Positions 1 to 9,419 are shown, counted from the first letter of the stretch. The stretch: DNA of 64,000 nt from an uncultured Phycisphaerae bacterium (GCA_963726475.1 CAVSCO010000052.1:588-64587); one strand, 5' to 3'. Numbers and translations: made by a program. Notes: generated from the letters alone by a model not told the origin.

Positions 1-43
1 AGAATTTGATAAATTAGCCACTGCAATTCGAAAGGACCAAGCC

Positions 44-328
44 ATGAATCAGCACAAGCACAATGTCATTGAGGTATGTCAGTTCTGCAAGGACTACCAG
101 TTGAACGCGGAACTTGTTGGTCGATGGGTATGGATACGCTTTGACGTCAAGCCCGACACTGAAACCAGAAAGCTATTGAAGGACTTCGGCTTTCGCTGGG
201 TTTCTTCGCGTGGAATGTGGGCTCATGATTGCGGACATCCAAGCAAGAAAGGCAAAGGACATCCCTTCCACAAGTACGGGCATACTCCCGTCAGGAACGT
301 TGACACAGAGAGCCTGAATGCCGCTTAG
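44..328 (+). CDS. Small phage/ICE-type hypothetical protein (ELVGRWVW...LKDFGFRW...W motif)
   Basis: 94 aa ORF with AAAGGA RBS; motif pattern resembles small domains common in mobile elements. Confidence 0.7.
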   Translation: MNQHKHNVIEVCQFCKDYQLNAELVGRWVWIRFDVKPDTETRKLLKDFGFRWVSSRGMWAHDCGHPSKKGKGHPFHKYGHTPVRNVDTESLNAA

Positions 329-396
329 AAGCCCGCACAGTCTGGGGGGGGCCCATACGGTGCCCCCTCACTTCATTTTCCTTGGAGGGGTGAACC

Positions 397-636
397 ATGC
401 AACGATCCTATGCAGCGCTTTGGGACTATGCCGACGAAATCCGTACTGGACGCATGAGCATTATAGAAGCCAACAAGCTCTGTCTGAAGGAACGTAACAC
501 CGAAGCCAAGAGACTCCGTCAACAGGGGCAGAGGGTTTCCTGCTTCACGCTATCCGGTCAAATGCGGCAATACTGGGGCTTGGGTGACCCATGCGGGCTT
601 GTCTGTCCTGCCTATTATCTCACTGTCCTGAACTGA
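397..636 (+). CDS. Small hypothetical protein
   Basis: 79 aa ORF, strong RBS GGAGGGGTGA, co-oriented in the array. Confidence 0.65.
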   Translation: MQRSYAALWDYADEIRTGRMSIIEANKLCLKERNTEAKRLRQQGQRVSCFTLSGQMRQYWGLGDPCGLVCPAYYLTVLN

Positions 637-702
637 ACATTGTCTATGGCCATGGGCTGTAGTCAGCACGATACAGCCCGTGTTTCATTGAGAGGGTGAA
701 CC

Positions 703-1344
703 ATGACGCTATACGAGAAATATCGTCCGAAGGCTCTGGAAGGCGTTCTGGGGCAAGATAAAGCCACTCAGAAGGTACAGCTTCTTTTGGAACGTGGTTG
801 GGGTGGTCGAGCTTGGTGGATCTCTGGCCCCAGTGGGACTGGAAAGACGACCATTGCCAGAATCATTGCCAATTATGGTGCCGACGAATTCTATGTCTCT
901 GAATACGATAGTGCCGATACAGTGAACGCTTCTGAGATTGACCGCATTGAACGTGATATGTGTCACTTTGCTCCCGGCAAGGGTGGAAGAGCCTTTATCA
1001 TCAATGAGGCTCATGGACTTCGAAAGCCGATCATAAGGCGCTTACTGGGGCTTCTGGAACGTGTACCCGACCATGTTTGCTTCGTGTTCACCACTACGAA
1101 GACGGGCCAAGAGAGTCTCTTCGAAGATCAGATAGACGCACACCCTTTGTTGTCCCGATGTGCCAAAATAGAGCTTACGAATCAGGGACTTGCCAGTGTC
1201 TTCGCTGAACACTGTAAACGCATTGCAGAGATAGAGGGACTGGACGGAAAGCCCGTGCAAACCTACGTCAAGCTGGCCCAGAAGTGCAAGAACAACTGCC
1301 GTGAAATGCTCATGGCCATTGAAACCGGAGAGATGCTATCTTGA
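703..1344 (+). CDS. Minimal clamp-loader-clade AAA+ ATPase (DnaX/RFC-like)
   Basis: LYEKYRP...VLGQ N-terminus, Walker A GPSGTGKT, Walker B IINEAH, SRC motif (LLSRC); only 213 aa. Confidence 0.85.
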   Translation: MTLYEKYRPKALEGVLGQDKATQKVQLLLERGWGGRAWWISGPSGTGKTTIARIIANYGADEFYVSEYDSADTVNASEIDRIERDMCHFAPGKGGRAFIINEAHGLRKPIIRRLLGLLERVPDHVCFVFTTTKTGQESLFEDQIDAHPLLSRCAKIELTNQGLASVFAEHCKRIAEIEGLDGKPVQTYVKLAQKCKNNCREMLMAIETGEMLS

Positions 1345-1355
1345 GGGGGTGACGA

Positions 1356-1973
1356 ATGGCAAAGAAGACCAAACACAGAGGGGGCTTGCTGCCCGACAAA
1401 TACCTATCGGAAACGCAACTGAAACGACTTCGACAGTACGTCAAGGACATGGCCGATCTGGCAAGGCAACGAGGAAGTACACGGGCAATCATCGATGAAC
1501 TGGTCATTGAACTGTTGGTCAATACCGGCTTGAGGGCATCTGAGTTGTGCAGTCTGAATATAGGGGATTTGCCTATGTCCCATGGCAAAGAAACCATCTG
1601 GGTAAGGGATGGCAAAGGCAGTGTAGCGAGGACGGTAGACATTCCAGAAGGTGTAGACAAGCGTCTGGAACGGTTTGTGAAGCTCTATCGGAAGGACGCT
1701 GGACCGGATGAACCCCTGTTGGTCAGTTCCAAGGGTGCCCGGATGATCTATCGGAGCATCTACGAGAAGATCAAGAAACTCGGGCGACAATCAGGTATTG
1801 GGAGGCTGCACCCTCATGTGCTCCGTCACACCTATGGGACAAGGTTATATAACGTCGAGCAAGACTTGAGGTTCGTCCAGGATCAGTTAGGCCATGCCAG
1901 TCCAACTACAACAGCCATTTACGCGAAAACGAACACGAGAGCACGCAAGCGGCAACTTGAAGCCCTGGAATAG
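1356..1973 (+). CDS. Tyrosine recombinase, catalytic domain only
   Basis: TGLRASEL, GKG, HPHVLRH, LGHAS...TAIY: full R-K-H-R-H-Y set in 205 aa. Confidence 0.92.
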   Translation: MAKKTKHRGGLLPDKYLSETQLKRLRQYVKDMADLARQRGSTRAIIDELVIELLVNTGLRASELCSLNIGDLPMSHGKETIWVRDGKGSVARTVDIPEGVDKRLERFVKLYRKDAGPDEPLLVSSKGARMIYRSIYEKIKKLGRQSGIGRLHPHVLRHTYGTRLYNVEQDLRFVQDQLGHASPTTTAIYAKTNTRARKRQLEALE

Positions 1974-2076
1974 GTGGAGTTGAACATTGACGCCCCTCAG
2001 AGGCCAGGATATACTTGGTCTACGCAAACACCTGTTCTGGATTGACTACCATTGTTTCTTGGTAATGAGGGTGTTG

Positions 2077-3050
2077 ATGTCACGAGAACTCTTGTTCTAC
2101 CTATTGATAGTATGTGCAGCGCCTTTTGTCACATCGGAACGATTTGTTTATTCTCAGGAATCACCCCGTAACCACACTGAAACTTCTAACTCCGGGATAA
2201 AGAGGTGCACCGGCTGTTGGAAGGAGGTACCCTGGGATTCGAAAGTAGGAGATAAGTGCCCGCATTGCGGTGGTATATGGTCTAGTGAAACATATGCATC
2301 CCGCGACATACCGAGCGATGTGCTTGGGGTGTGGTTTGCTGTGATCGCGTTCATTGTCGTCGGTACTCCAATTCATTATTTCATACGGAAATACGAAATC
2401 ACGCCCAAGGTGGCTCTTGCACACTCTCGATCTTGGGCTCGTAGTCCTTTCGTTGGAGTCAACCGTATTTGCATTGTTCCATTGCAGCGAGGATACACTG
2501 GTTGCAGACAGAAATATGCTCGTTACAAGAAACGAAGGGAAACCCTTGCTTGGCGGCGCGAACAAGAAGAGATGCTTCTTGATAAACGGGAGGAAGAACT
2601 CGCTGAAGAAAGACGTAAGGAAGAAGAGCTGGCTGAAGAACTAGCTCAGGAAAAACGTAAAGAAGACCTATATGAGCTATATTTGGATATGATGTGCTGT
2701 GTGATGTGCGCCGACGGAGAGGTTCATCCGTTGGAGGTGCGAAAGATCCGCGAGGTACTAGAAACGGTGGGAATTCCTTGGGATGACGAGAGCATCAAAA
2801 CACGACTAAAGGCCTTTGTCTACAGAGAAGAAACAGAAGGAATCAAAAGCGTTGTCGCCCATACTCTTACCAAAATATGGAAAATCGACGTTCGAGGCAA
2901 CGGCAGGAGGCTTCTTGCACTCTGAACTCGATAATGAAAGCAGACGGCACCATTGATCTGCACGAAGAGCATGTCTTGACCCAATTCACGGAAGCTCTAC
3001 GGAAGGCGGACCCGCTATTTGACACCCCGCACGAGATACCCGGCAATTGA
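2077..3050 (+). CDS. Membrane protein: Zn-ribbon, TM, coiled coil, TerB-like C-terminal domain (frameshift near 2900-2920)
   Basis: CTGC...CPHC; TM VWFAVIAFIVVG; E/K/R-rich coil; MCADGEVHPLE, then a second half in another frame (LNSIMKADGTIDLHEEHVL...IPGN*) ending at 3050. Confidence 0.65.
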
Positions 3051-3671
3051 TCCTACAACGATTGATTTCGCTTGAGCAAGAATTGACCCATCTGAGGCCG
3101 GTGTCGGCAGCAGCCTGGGTACTGATCTTCGTGAAGATGTTTCCGCAGATCACGTAAGTCAGCATCTGGTGGTTCGTATTGCCCTTCTGTTGTGTGCACC
3201 TTGGCTTCTTGTCGTCCCGTGCAAGAACGATAGCCAGCGTTCGCCCTCAGACGGTCCTGATAAGGGCTAGGACTGCCTGTTGGACATGTTTCCGAGCATT
3301 TGAGACTCTTGAGGGACAGCAGATGTAGTGAGAGCCGGGGTGGGGTGATTTCAGTTGTTCATGCCCTTTTCTTGCTGAAAAACGGCATTCTCCAGTGTAA
3401 GAATGCGTATCTTTACGTATTCGGAACAGCTCTCGTAGGGAAATCTCCTACAATCCATAATGGTGCAGTTGGCTGTGCGTCGGATTTGGAGGTCCGACCT
3501 TGTCTCATGGAGGACGGGTCACTTTGAGATCGAGGTTACGGAGAGGGTTATGCAGTGACACATCCATCTTCTCTCTCGGGACGTCCTTTGCCCAACATTG
3601 TGAGCCTATGACACTGTAGTGAATAACACGGAATAGCTAACGCTGAAAAATTCGGAGACGGGGAGAAGCAT

Positions 3672-4415
3672 ATGTCTGGAAGAAGGAATTCACTGATTCT
3701 TTTGCTACTGGTCGTGTCCTTTTGGTCCATGGGCACCAGTGTCAAGCCAGCTATACCAATCTCTCTTTCAGGGAACGATTCGAATTGTTGCGTTAGATGA
3801 TGGAGGCATTTTCACCGGTACACAAGTCGGAGATGCGTTCTTTGGATCGTTCTTATATGGTTCGACCGATGACGATGCACACATTGGACTTAGTTTAAGT
3901 GGAGATGATGGCACTGACTATAATTTCTTGGGTCCGCCTTATAGTAGCTTCATCAGCAATGGGACCACCAGTGCCAGTGGTAGCTCCGTTAGATGTGGTA
4001 CTTCATAGACATAATGATGGAAGATGAGGAGCCAGGCTTATTCAGCGTCTTGTCTGGTTCAACTGTTGAGTTAGGGTTAGCTGATAGTTCGGGACGCACA
4101 TTTTGACAGCAATAATGAGCCAGTGTGGGACCATGGCAAATTAGAATTTGGTGTTGCTGTGATATCATGGAATGATCTTCCTGGATAACCGACCAAGAGT
4201 TCTATCCCCAGTCCCACCAAATCCTGATGGGGCTGATATCACGGCCTTCTTCATTTGTGAAGAGGATGTTTCGGGCCGAGACGTTTTTTCTGCTTGGGGC
4301 CTTGTAGATCAACTGGTCTGTCCGCCGCCAACTATCCCCGCCCCTCGGGGCCATCCTGCTAGGCACACTGGGCGTCGGCCTTGTTGGCTGGATGCGGAGA
4401 CGCAGGACGCTGTAA
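3672..4415 (+). pseudogene. PEP-CTERM-type (IPAPGA variant) surface protein, multiply frameshifted
   Basis: Signal peptide MSGRRNSLILLLLVVSFWS at 3672; removing one base near 4345 gives [27 protein letters not shown]; middle pieces are ORFs 3739-4008 and 4172-. Confidence 0.8.
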
Positions 4416-4638
4416 TTACACACCGAAGACGAAAACTCAAGGGGCTGTGGACGTGAGCTTGCAGCCCTTCTTGGCTATTCTCGGGTAAATTGCGAAATCA
4501 CCCCAAAGGCATGTTCGTTCTAATGAGTGCCAGGATTGCCTGCTTGATATGCTCTGGTAACTCAGCCCAAGCAGCGACCATCTCAGCAAGCTCAGACGGT
4601 AGGTTATTGGTGTCGATTTGACCCTGTTTCCGGATTCA

Positions 4639-4660
4639 GGTGTCAACTGGGGTGTCAACT
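4639..4660 (+). repeat. Direct repeat GGTGTCAACT x2, candidate integrase arm-type sites
   Basis: Exact 10-mers at 4639-4648 and 4651-4660, about 55 bp inside the att core. Confidence 0.55.
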
Positions 4661-4712
4661 CCCCCTGCTCGATGTCGTAAGTACCTGTTTTTTCAGGGTT
4701 TGAGTCTGCCAT

Positions 4713-4762
4713 GCATCGGACTGTCGATCCGAAGGTTGAGGGTTCGAGTCCCTTCGGCCTCG
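4713..4762 (+). tRNA. tRNA-Asp(GTC) 3' fragment = attR (not a full tRNA)
   Basis: Anticodon arm TCGGA-CTGTCGA-TCCGA, T arm GAGGG-TTCGAGT-CCCTT, 3' acceptor strand CGGCCTC-G; no 5' acceptor strand (GAGGCCG) or D arm upstream. Confidence 0.9.
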
Positions 4763-4773
4763 TTCCGTAAGTT

Positions 4774-4807
4774 GAAGGCTGGCAGACATCTGTGTCTGCC
4801 AGCCTTC
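4774..4807 (+). terminator. Perfect 15-bp hairpin downstream of the tRNA fragment
   Basis: GAAGGCTGGCAGACA-TCTG-TGTCTGCCAGCCTTC. Confidence 0.7.
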
Positions 4808-5087
4808 TTCGTTTCCCGCCCGATCCAGGGTCGCTTGCCAGAACGTGCTCCGGAGCAGCATCGCGGGCGTGCCGTGCCCGATACGCGGTTCGCCGGACGC
4901 CCGCTTGCCGGTCAGTCGACATTCTCATTTCCGCTGACGACGCACGGTCGCCCCCTCTTGCACGATCCAGATCCCGACTTGCATGAAGTCGCAAGAATTG
5001 CTAATCTACGCCCTTCTGAGGCACTTCAAGCCCTGATTTGGAGCGTGGGAAAGCAATCCCTGATGGACCAGGAGTAGACGCTTATCG

Positions 5088-6908
5088 ATGGCTAGGAAAA
5101 AGCACGAGTACACGGATGATAAGGTTAAGACCCTCTCGTCACTGGAGCATATCCGCCTGCGTACAGGAATGTACATAGGCCGCACGGGTAACGGAGCCCA
5201 CTATGACGATGGAATCTACATCTTGCTCAAGGAAGTCGTCGACAATGCGGTCGATGAGTTCATCATGGGCCATGGCAAGAAGATCGACATCACCATCAGC
5301 GAAAACAGGGTGGCGGTGCGCGACTATGGGCGAGGTATCCCCTTGGGCAAGGTGGTAGAGTGCGTCTCGAAAATCAATACCGGCGCAAAGTACAATGACG
5401 ACGTATTTCAGTTCAGCGTCGGACTCAACGGGGTGGGCACCAAGGCAGTAAATGCCTTGTCCTCGAGTTTCGAGGTTTGCAGCTATCGCGAGGGCAAGTA
5501 TACCGAGGCCAAATTCGAATTCGGCAAACTGATCAAGCATAAGAAAGGTAAGGCCGACCAACCCAACGGCACCTTCGTGAGTTTCGTGCCGGATCCCAAG
5601 ATCTTCTCGAACTACGAATTCTCCGAAGAGCACATCGAACGGCGGCTTCGGTTCTATGCCTATCTGAACGCCGGCCTTCGTATTAACTATAACGATCGCC
5701 GTTTTCTGTCCAATGGCGGTATTCTGGACCTGATAGACGACGAGACCTCGTTTGAGAAAGTCTATCAGCCTCTACACTACCGTGACGCCACGCTGGAATT
5801 TGCCTTCACTCACACGAACCGGTTCAACGAAGACTACTATTCGTTCGTTAACGGTCAGCATACCAGCGACGGGGGAACTCACTTGAGCGGATTTCGCGAA
5901 GGCGTCTTGCGTGGCGTGAACGATTTCGCCAAGAAGAAGTTCAATGGTGATGACGTCCGTGAGGGTATGCTTGGTGCTATTTCGATCCGCCTGAAGGATC
6001 CGATATTTGAGAGCCAGACCAAGAACAAGCTGGGCAATACGGAAATCCGCTCGGAAATTGTCGCCCGCGTGCAGGAGGCCGTCATCAAGCTGCTGCACAG
6101 CGACAAGACGCAGGCCGACAAGCTGATCAATAAGGTCGTTGAAACGCAAAAGTTCCGCAAGGAACTCAATGCGGTCAAGAAGCTGGCGCGCGAGCGATCC
6201 AAGGCCATATCCATTCGTGTACCTCAGTTGCGCGACTGCAAGAAGCACTACGACCACGTCAAGCATCGGCACGAAGACACCATGATCTTTATCACCGAGG
6301 GTCAGTCGGCTGCCGGTTCCATCGTCAGTTGTCGGGATGTCAACACCCAGGCCATCTACACTCTCAAAGGCAAGCCTCTCAATGTGTGTGACCTCAAGAA
6401 GGATGCACTCTATAAGAACGAAGAGATCTTCAACCTTATGAAGAGCCTGGATATCGAGGAGAGCATCGACAATCTGCGATACAACCACGTGATTCTAGCC
6501 ACCGATGCCGACGTGGACGGCCTGCATATTCGCAATCTGATGATTACCTTCTTTCTGCGTTTCTTTCAGCCACTGGTGGAACGCGGCCACCTCGAGATCC
6601 TGGAAACGCCTCTCTTCCGCGTGCGGAACAAGAAAGAGAGCCTCTACTGCTATTCTGAGGCGGAGCGTGATTCAGCCATGAAGAAGCTGGGACGCGGCCA
6701 CGAAGTCACGCGATTCAAAGGTCTGGGAGAAATCTCCCCATCGGAGTTCAAAGCCTTCATCGGAAAGGACATGCGTCTGAGCCCGGTATCGACGTCCGGA
6801 GATCACGCCATCGACGAAACGCTGGCGTTCTACATGGGCAAGAACACGCAGGAGCGACGCAGTTACATCATGGACCAACTCGTTATCAGCGAAGAGATAC
6901 TCGTATGA
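5088..6908 (+). CDS. parE: Type IIA topoisomerase B subunit (topoisomerase IV ParE-like)
   Basis: EHIRLRTGMYIG, EVVDNAVDE, DYGRGIP, GLNGVG, TEGQSA, DADVDG, RFKGLGE; short 606 aa form. Confidence 0.9.
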   Translation: MARKKHEYTDDKVKTLSSLEHIRLRTGMYIGRTGNGAHYDDGIYILLKEVVDNAVDEFIMGHGKKIDITISENRVAVRDYGRGIPLGKVVECVSKINTGAKYNDDVFQFSVGLNGVGTKAVNALSSSFEVCSYREGKYTEAKFEFGKLIKHKKGKADQPNGTFVSFVPDPKIFSNYEFSEEHIERRLRFYAYLNAGLRINYNDRRFLSNGGILDLIDDETSFEKVYQPLHYRDATLEFAFTHTNRFNEDYYSFVNGQHTSDGGTHLSGFREGVLRGVNDFAKKKFNGDDVREGMLGAISIRLKDPIFESQTKNKLGNTEIRSEIVARVQEAVIKLLHSDKTQADKLINKVVETQKFRKELNAVKKLARERSKAISIRVPQLRDCKKHYDHVKHRHEDTMIFITEGQSAAGSIVSCRDVNTQAIYTLKGKPLNVCDLKKDALYKNEEIFNLMKSLDIEESIDNLRYNHVILATDADVDGLHIRNLMITFFLRFFQPLVERGHLEILETPLFRVRNKKESLYCYSEAERDSAMKKLGRGHEVTRFKGLGEISPSEFKAFIGKDMRLSPVSTSGDHAIDETLAFYMGKNTQERRSYIMDQLVISEEILV

Positions 6909-9064
6909 GCAGGGAGCACCAGACGTTTCTATTCGACGAAGAGCCCGTCGCCAGCCAAAACGAGCGCGAGCAGGAAGACGACACTGGACGCGCAACGCTC
7001 CAGGGCGACGGTGATCCCGACGGACAATCATCGACGCAGCCGAAAACAGAAACCTCCGGCGGCAATGACGACGGCCCCCCTACCCCGCACGATCATCTCC
7101 CTGTCCACGAACGGCACGGGCCACTAACCGACCTGATCGACTTCAACTTCCTGCAATACGCCTCCTATGTCATCTGCGAACGGGCTATTCCCAACGTGGC
7201 CGACGGTCTCAAGCCGGTCCAGCGTCGTATCCTGCACGCCCTCAAGGAGAAGGACGACGGGCGTTTCATCAAAGTTGCCAATGTGGTGGGCCATACGATG
7301 CAGTACCATCCGCATGGTGATGCCTCCATTGGCGATGCCTTGGTCACACTGGCCAATAAGCGCTATCTGATCGAAGGGCAGGGCAATTTCGGCAATATTT
7401 TCACAGGGGATAACGCCGCGGCGTCCCGGTATATCGAGTGTCGTCTGACTGACCTGGCACGCGACGAATTGTTCAACAAGGATCTGACCGACTTTGTCTC
7501 GAGTTACGACGGACGCAACCAGGAGCCGGTGACCCTGCCGTCCAAGCTCCCGCTGCTCCTGATGCTCGGCGCCGAGGGCATTGCCGTAGGCCTGTCCACG
7601 CGCATCTTGTCGCACAACTTCATCGAGCTACTGGAAGCAGAAGTTCAGATCATCGAGGAAAAGAAGCGGAAGCCGGTTCAGATCGATGTACTGCCCGATT
7701 TTCAGACGGGCGGGATGATGGACGTCAGTGAGTACGACAAGGGTTTTGGCAAGATCAAGGTTCGCGCGTGCATCGAGAAACAGGGCCCCAACAAGCTCCT
7801 CGTCACCGAGCTTCCTTGCATGCAGACGACCGAATCGGTGATCCGCTCGATAGAAGAGGCCGTCAAGAAGAAGAAGGTGTCGGTTCGATCCATCAGCGAT
7901 TTCACAGCGGAGCACGTCGGTATCGAAATCACGCTGGCTCAGGGCGCCGATCAAGACAAGGCCATCAAAGCACTGTACGCGTTCACGAAGTGCGAAACCG
8001 TGGTCTCCAGCCAGCTCACGGTGATCTTTAACAAGCGCCCGGCGGAGATGAACACCGAACAGGTGCTCCGCGAGAATGTACGTCAGCTCCTGGACATCCT
8101 GCACCGCGAGCTGACACTCAAGAAGCGCAATCTTCTCGATGAGTTCCACAACAAGACCCTTATCCAGATATTCGTTGAGAATCGCATCTACAAGCGGATC
8201 GAAGAGTGCAAGACCTATGAGGCGGTGGTAAAGGCCATCTTCAAGGGTCTGGAGCCCTTCAGGCCTCAGCTCAAACGGGATGTCACGAAGAGCGATATCG
8301 AAATGCTGCTCAGTGTGCGTATCAAACGCATCTCGCGCTTCGATATCGAGAAGAATCGCAAAGATATAGAGGCCATCCTCAGGGAACTGGCCGAGGTTGA
8401 GAAGAATCTCAAGAGCCTCAAACCTTACGCTGTGCGTTATCTCAAATCCCTGATCAGGAAATACAGGGGAGAATACCCCCGCCGCACAAAGATCGAGACG
8501 TTCAAGGCGCTCGACGTGCGCAAGCTCACATCCAACGAACTCAGCATCAATATCGATCCAGAGAAGGGGTTCCTCGGGCACTCCGTCAAAGGGGAATCGC
8601 TTCTGAGCTGTTCATCGCTCGACAAGCTGCTGATTCTCAAGAGTGACGGCACCTTCGTGGTGATGCCGCCGCCGGAGACTTATTTCGTCGACGATGGTCT
8701 CGTCTGGTGCGGCCTATACAAACGCGACTTACTTTTCACCGCCGTGTACACCGATTGGGGTGTTACCTACATCAAGCGTTTTGAAATCGGGGGTGCCATA
8801 ATGAATCGCGACTACAACTACATCCCCCAAAGCGGCCAGTTGCAGCTCTGCAGGCTCGGCACACCTGAGGCAGTCTACGTTAAGTACAAACCGGTCAAGG
8901 GTCTGCGCATCCGTCAACAAGAATTCACGCCGGAGCAAGTCCTGATCAAGGGCATTAAAGCCAAGGGCATACAGATGACCTCCAGGATCATCGACCGGAT
9001 CGACACCAAGCGCGGACGGTGGTGGGATAAGAACGTCCGGTCCCCCAAAGGCTTTCTGGGGTAG
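6905..9064 (+). CDS. parC: Type IIA topoisomerase A subunit (topoisomerase IV ParC-like)
   Basis: DGLKPVQRRIL, YHPHGDAS, AASRYIE catalytic Tyr; truncated CTD without GyrA box; ATGA overlap with parE. Confidence 0.9.
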   Translation: MSREHQTFLFDEEPVASQNEREQEDDTGRATLQGDGDPDGQSSTQPKTETSGGNDDGPPTPHDHLPVHERHGPLTDLIDFNFLQYASYVICERAIPNVADGLKPVQRRILHALKEKDDGRFIKVANVVGHTMQYHPHGDASIGDALVTLANKRYLIEGQGNFGNIFTGDNAAASRYIECRLTDLARDELFNKDLTDFVSSYDGRNQEPVTLPSKLPLLLMLGAEGIAVGLSTRILSHNFIELLEAEVQIIEEKKRKPVQIDVLPDFQTGGMMDVSEYDKGFGKIKVRACIEKQGPNKLLVTELPCMQTTESVIRSIEEAVKKKKVSVRSISDFTAEHVGIEITLAQGADQDKAIKALYAFTKCETVVSSQLTVIFNKRPAEMNTEQVLRENVRQLLDILHRELTLKKRNLLDEFHNKTLIQIFVENRIYKRIEECKTYEAVVKAIFKGLEPFRPQLKRDVTKSDIEMLLSVRIKRISRFDIEKNRKDIEAILRELAEVEKNLKSLKPYAVRYLKSLIRKYRGEYPRRTKIETFKALDVRKLTSNELSINIDPEKGFLGHSVKGESLLSCSSLDKLLILKSDGTFVVMPPPETYFVDDGLVWCGLYKRDLLFTAVYTDWGVTYIKRFEIGGAIMNRDYNYIPQSGQLQLCRLGTPEAVYVKYKPVKGLRIRQQEFTPEQVLIKGIKAKGIQMTSRIIDRIDTKRGRWWDKNVRSPKGFLG

Positions 9065-9419
9065 ACTCTTACCGCGCCGTCCGACCGCTTCGGGCGGCAC
9101 GGCCGCCGAGTCGGAGTCTATCTGCAATTGCTCCTATCGAGCTTACCGGGCCGAGACGTATTCGCCTTCATAGAAGCGGATATCATCCTACGCCGTCTCT
9201 CGGTTTCTGCGGTACTTCGAGGCGTGATCGATGAATCTGGACTGGTCCCGACAGCCTGGGTGACCTCCTGCGGGCCTATGGCACATGCGTCGGTCAGGAC
9301 CATGTCCGTGCGAATGGAGGAGTCTGTCAGTGAGGAAAGAGCCCCTGAGATGGCGACTCAACCCCGCTGAAAAATCACCGCAAGCGTGCCTCCCGGCCAC
9401 TCACCGTCCGTGGATGCGA

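Larger units (their letters stand above)
1..4762. mobile_element. Right end of an integrative element/prophage-like island inserted in tRNA-Asp (left end outside window)
   Basis: Visibly lower GC than the rest of the window; tyrosine recombinase and phage-like small ORFs; ends exactly at a tRNA 3' fragment followed by a strong hairpin and core genes parE/parC. Confidence 0.85.

Noticed and set aside
3341-4505. 12-bp inverted repeat TGGGGTGATTTC / GAAATCACCCCA flanking the PEP-CTERM gene as an invertible segment
   Set aside because: It does not extend, and one 12-bp match within a few kb is near chance expectation
4690-4765. Complete functional tRNA-Asp
   Set aside because: No 5' acceptor strand or D arm upstream of 4713; it is an att duplicate
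4640-5077. 145-aa ORF over the tRNA fragment, including a DPDLHEVA segment as a third peptide copy
   Set aside because: It overlaps the tRNA fragment and terminator, and the similarity is too weak
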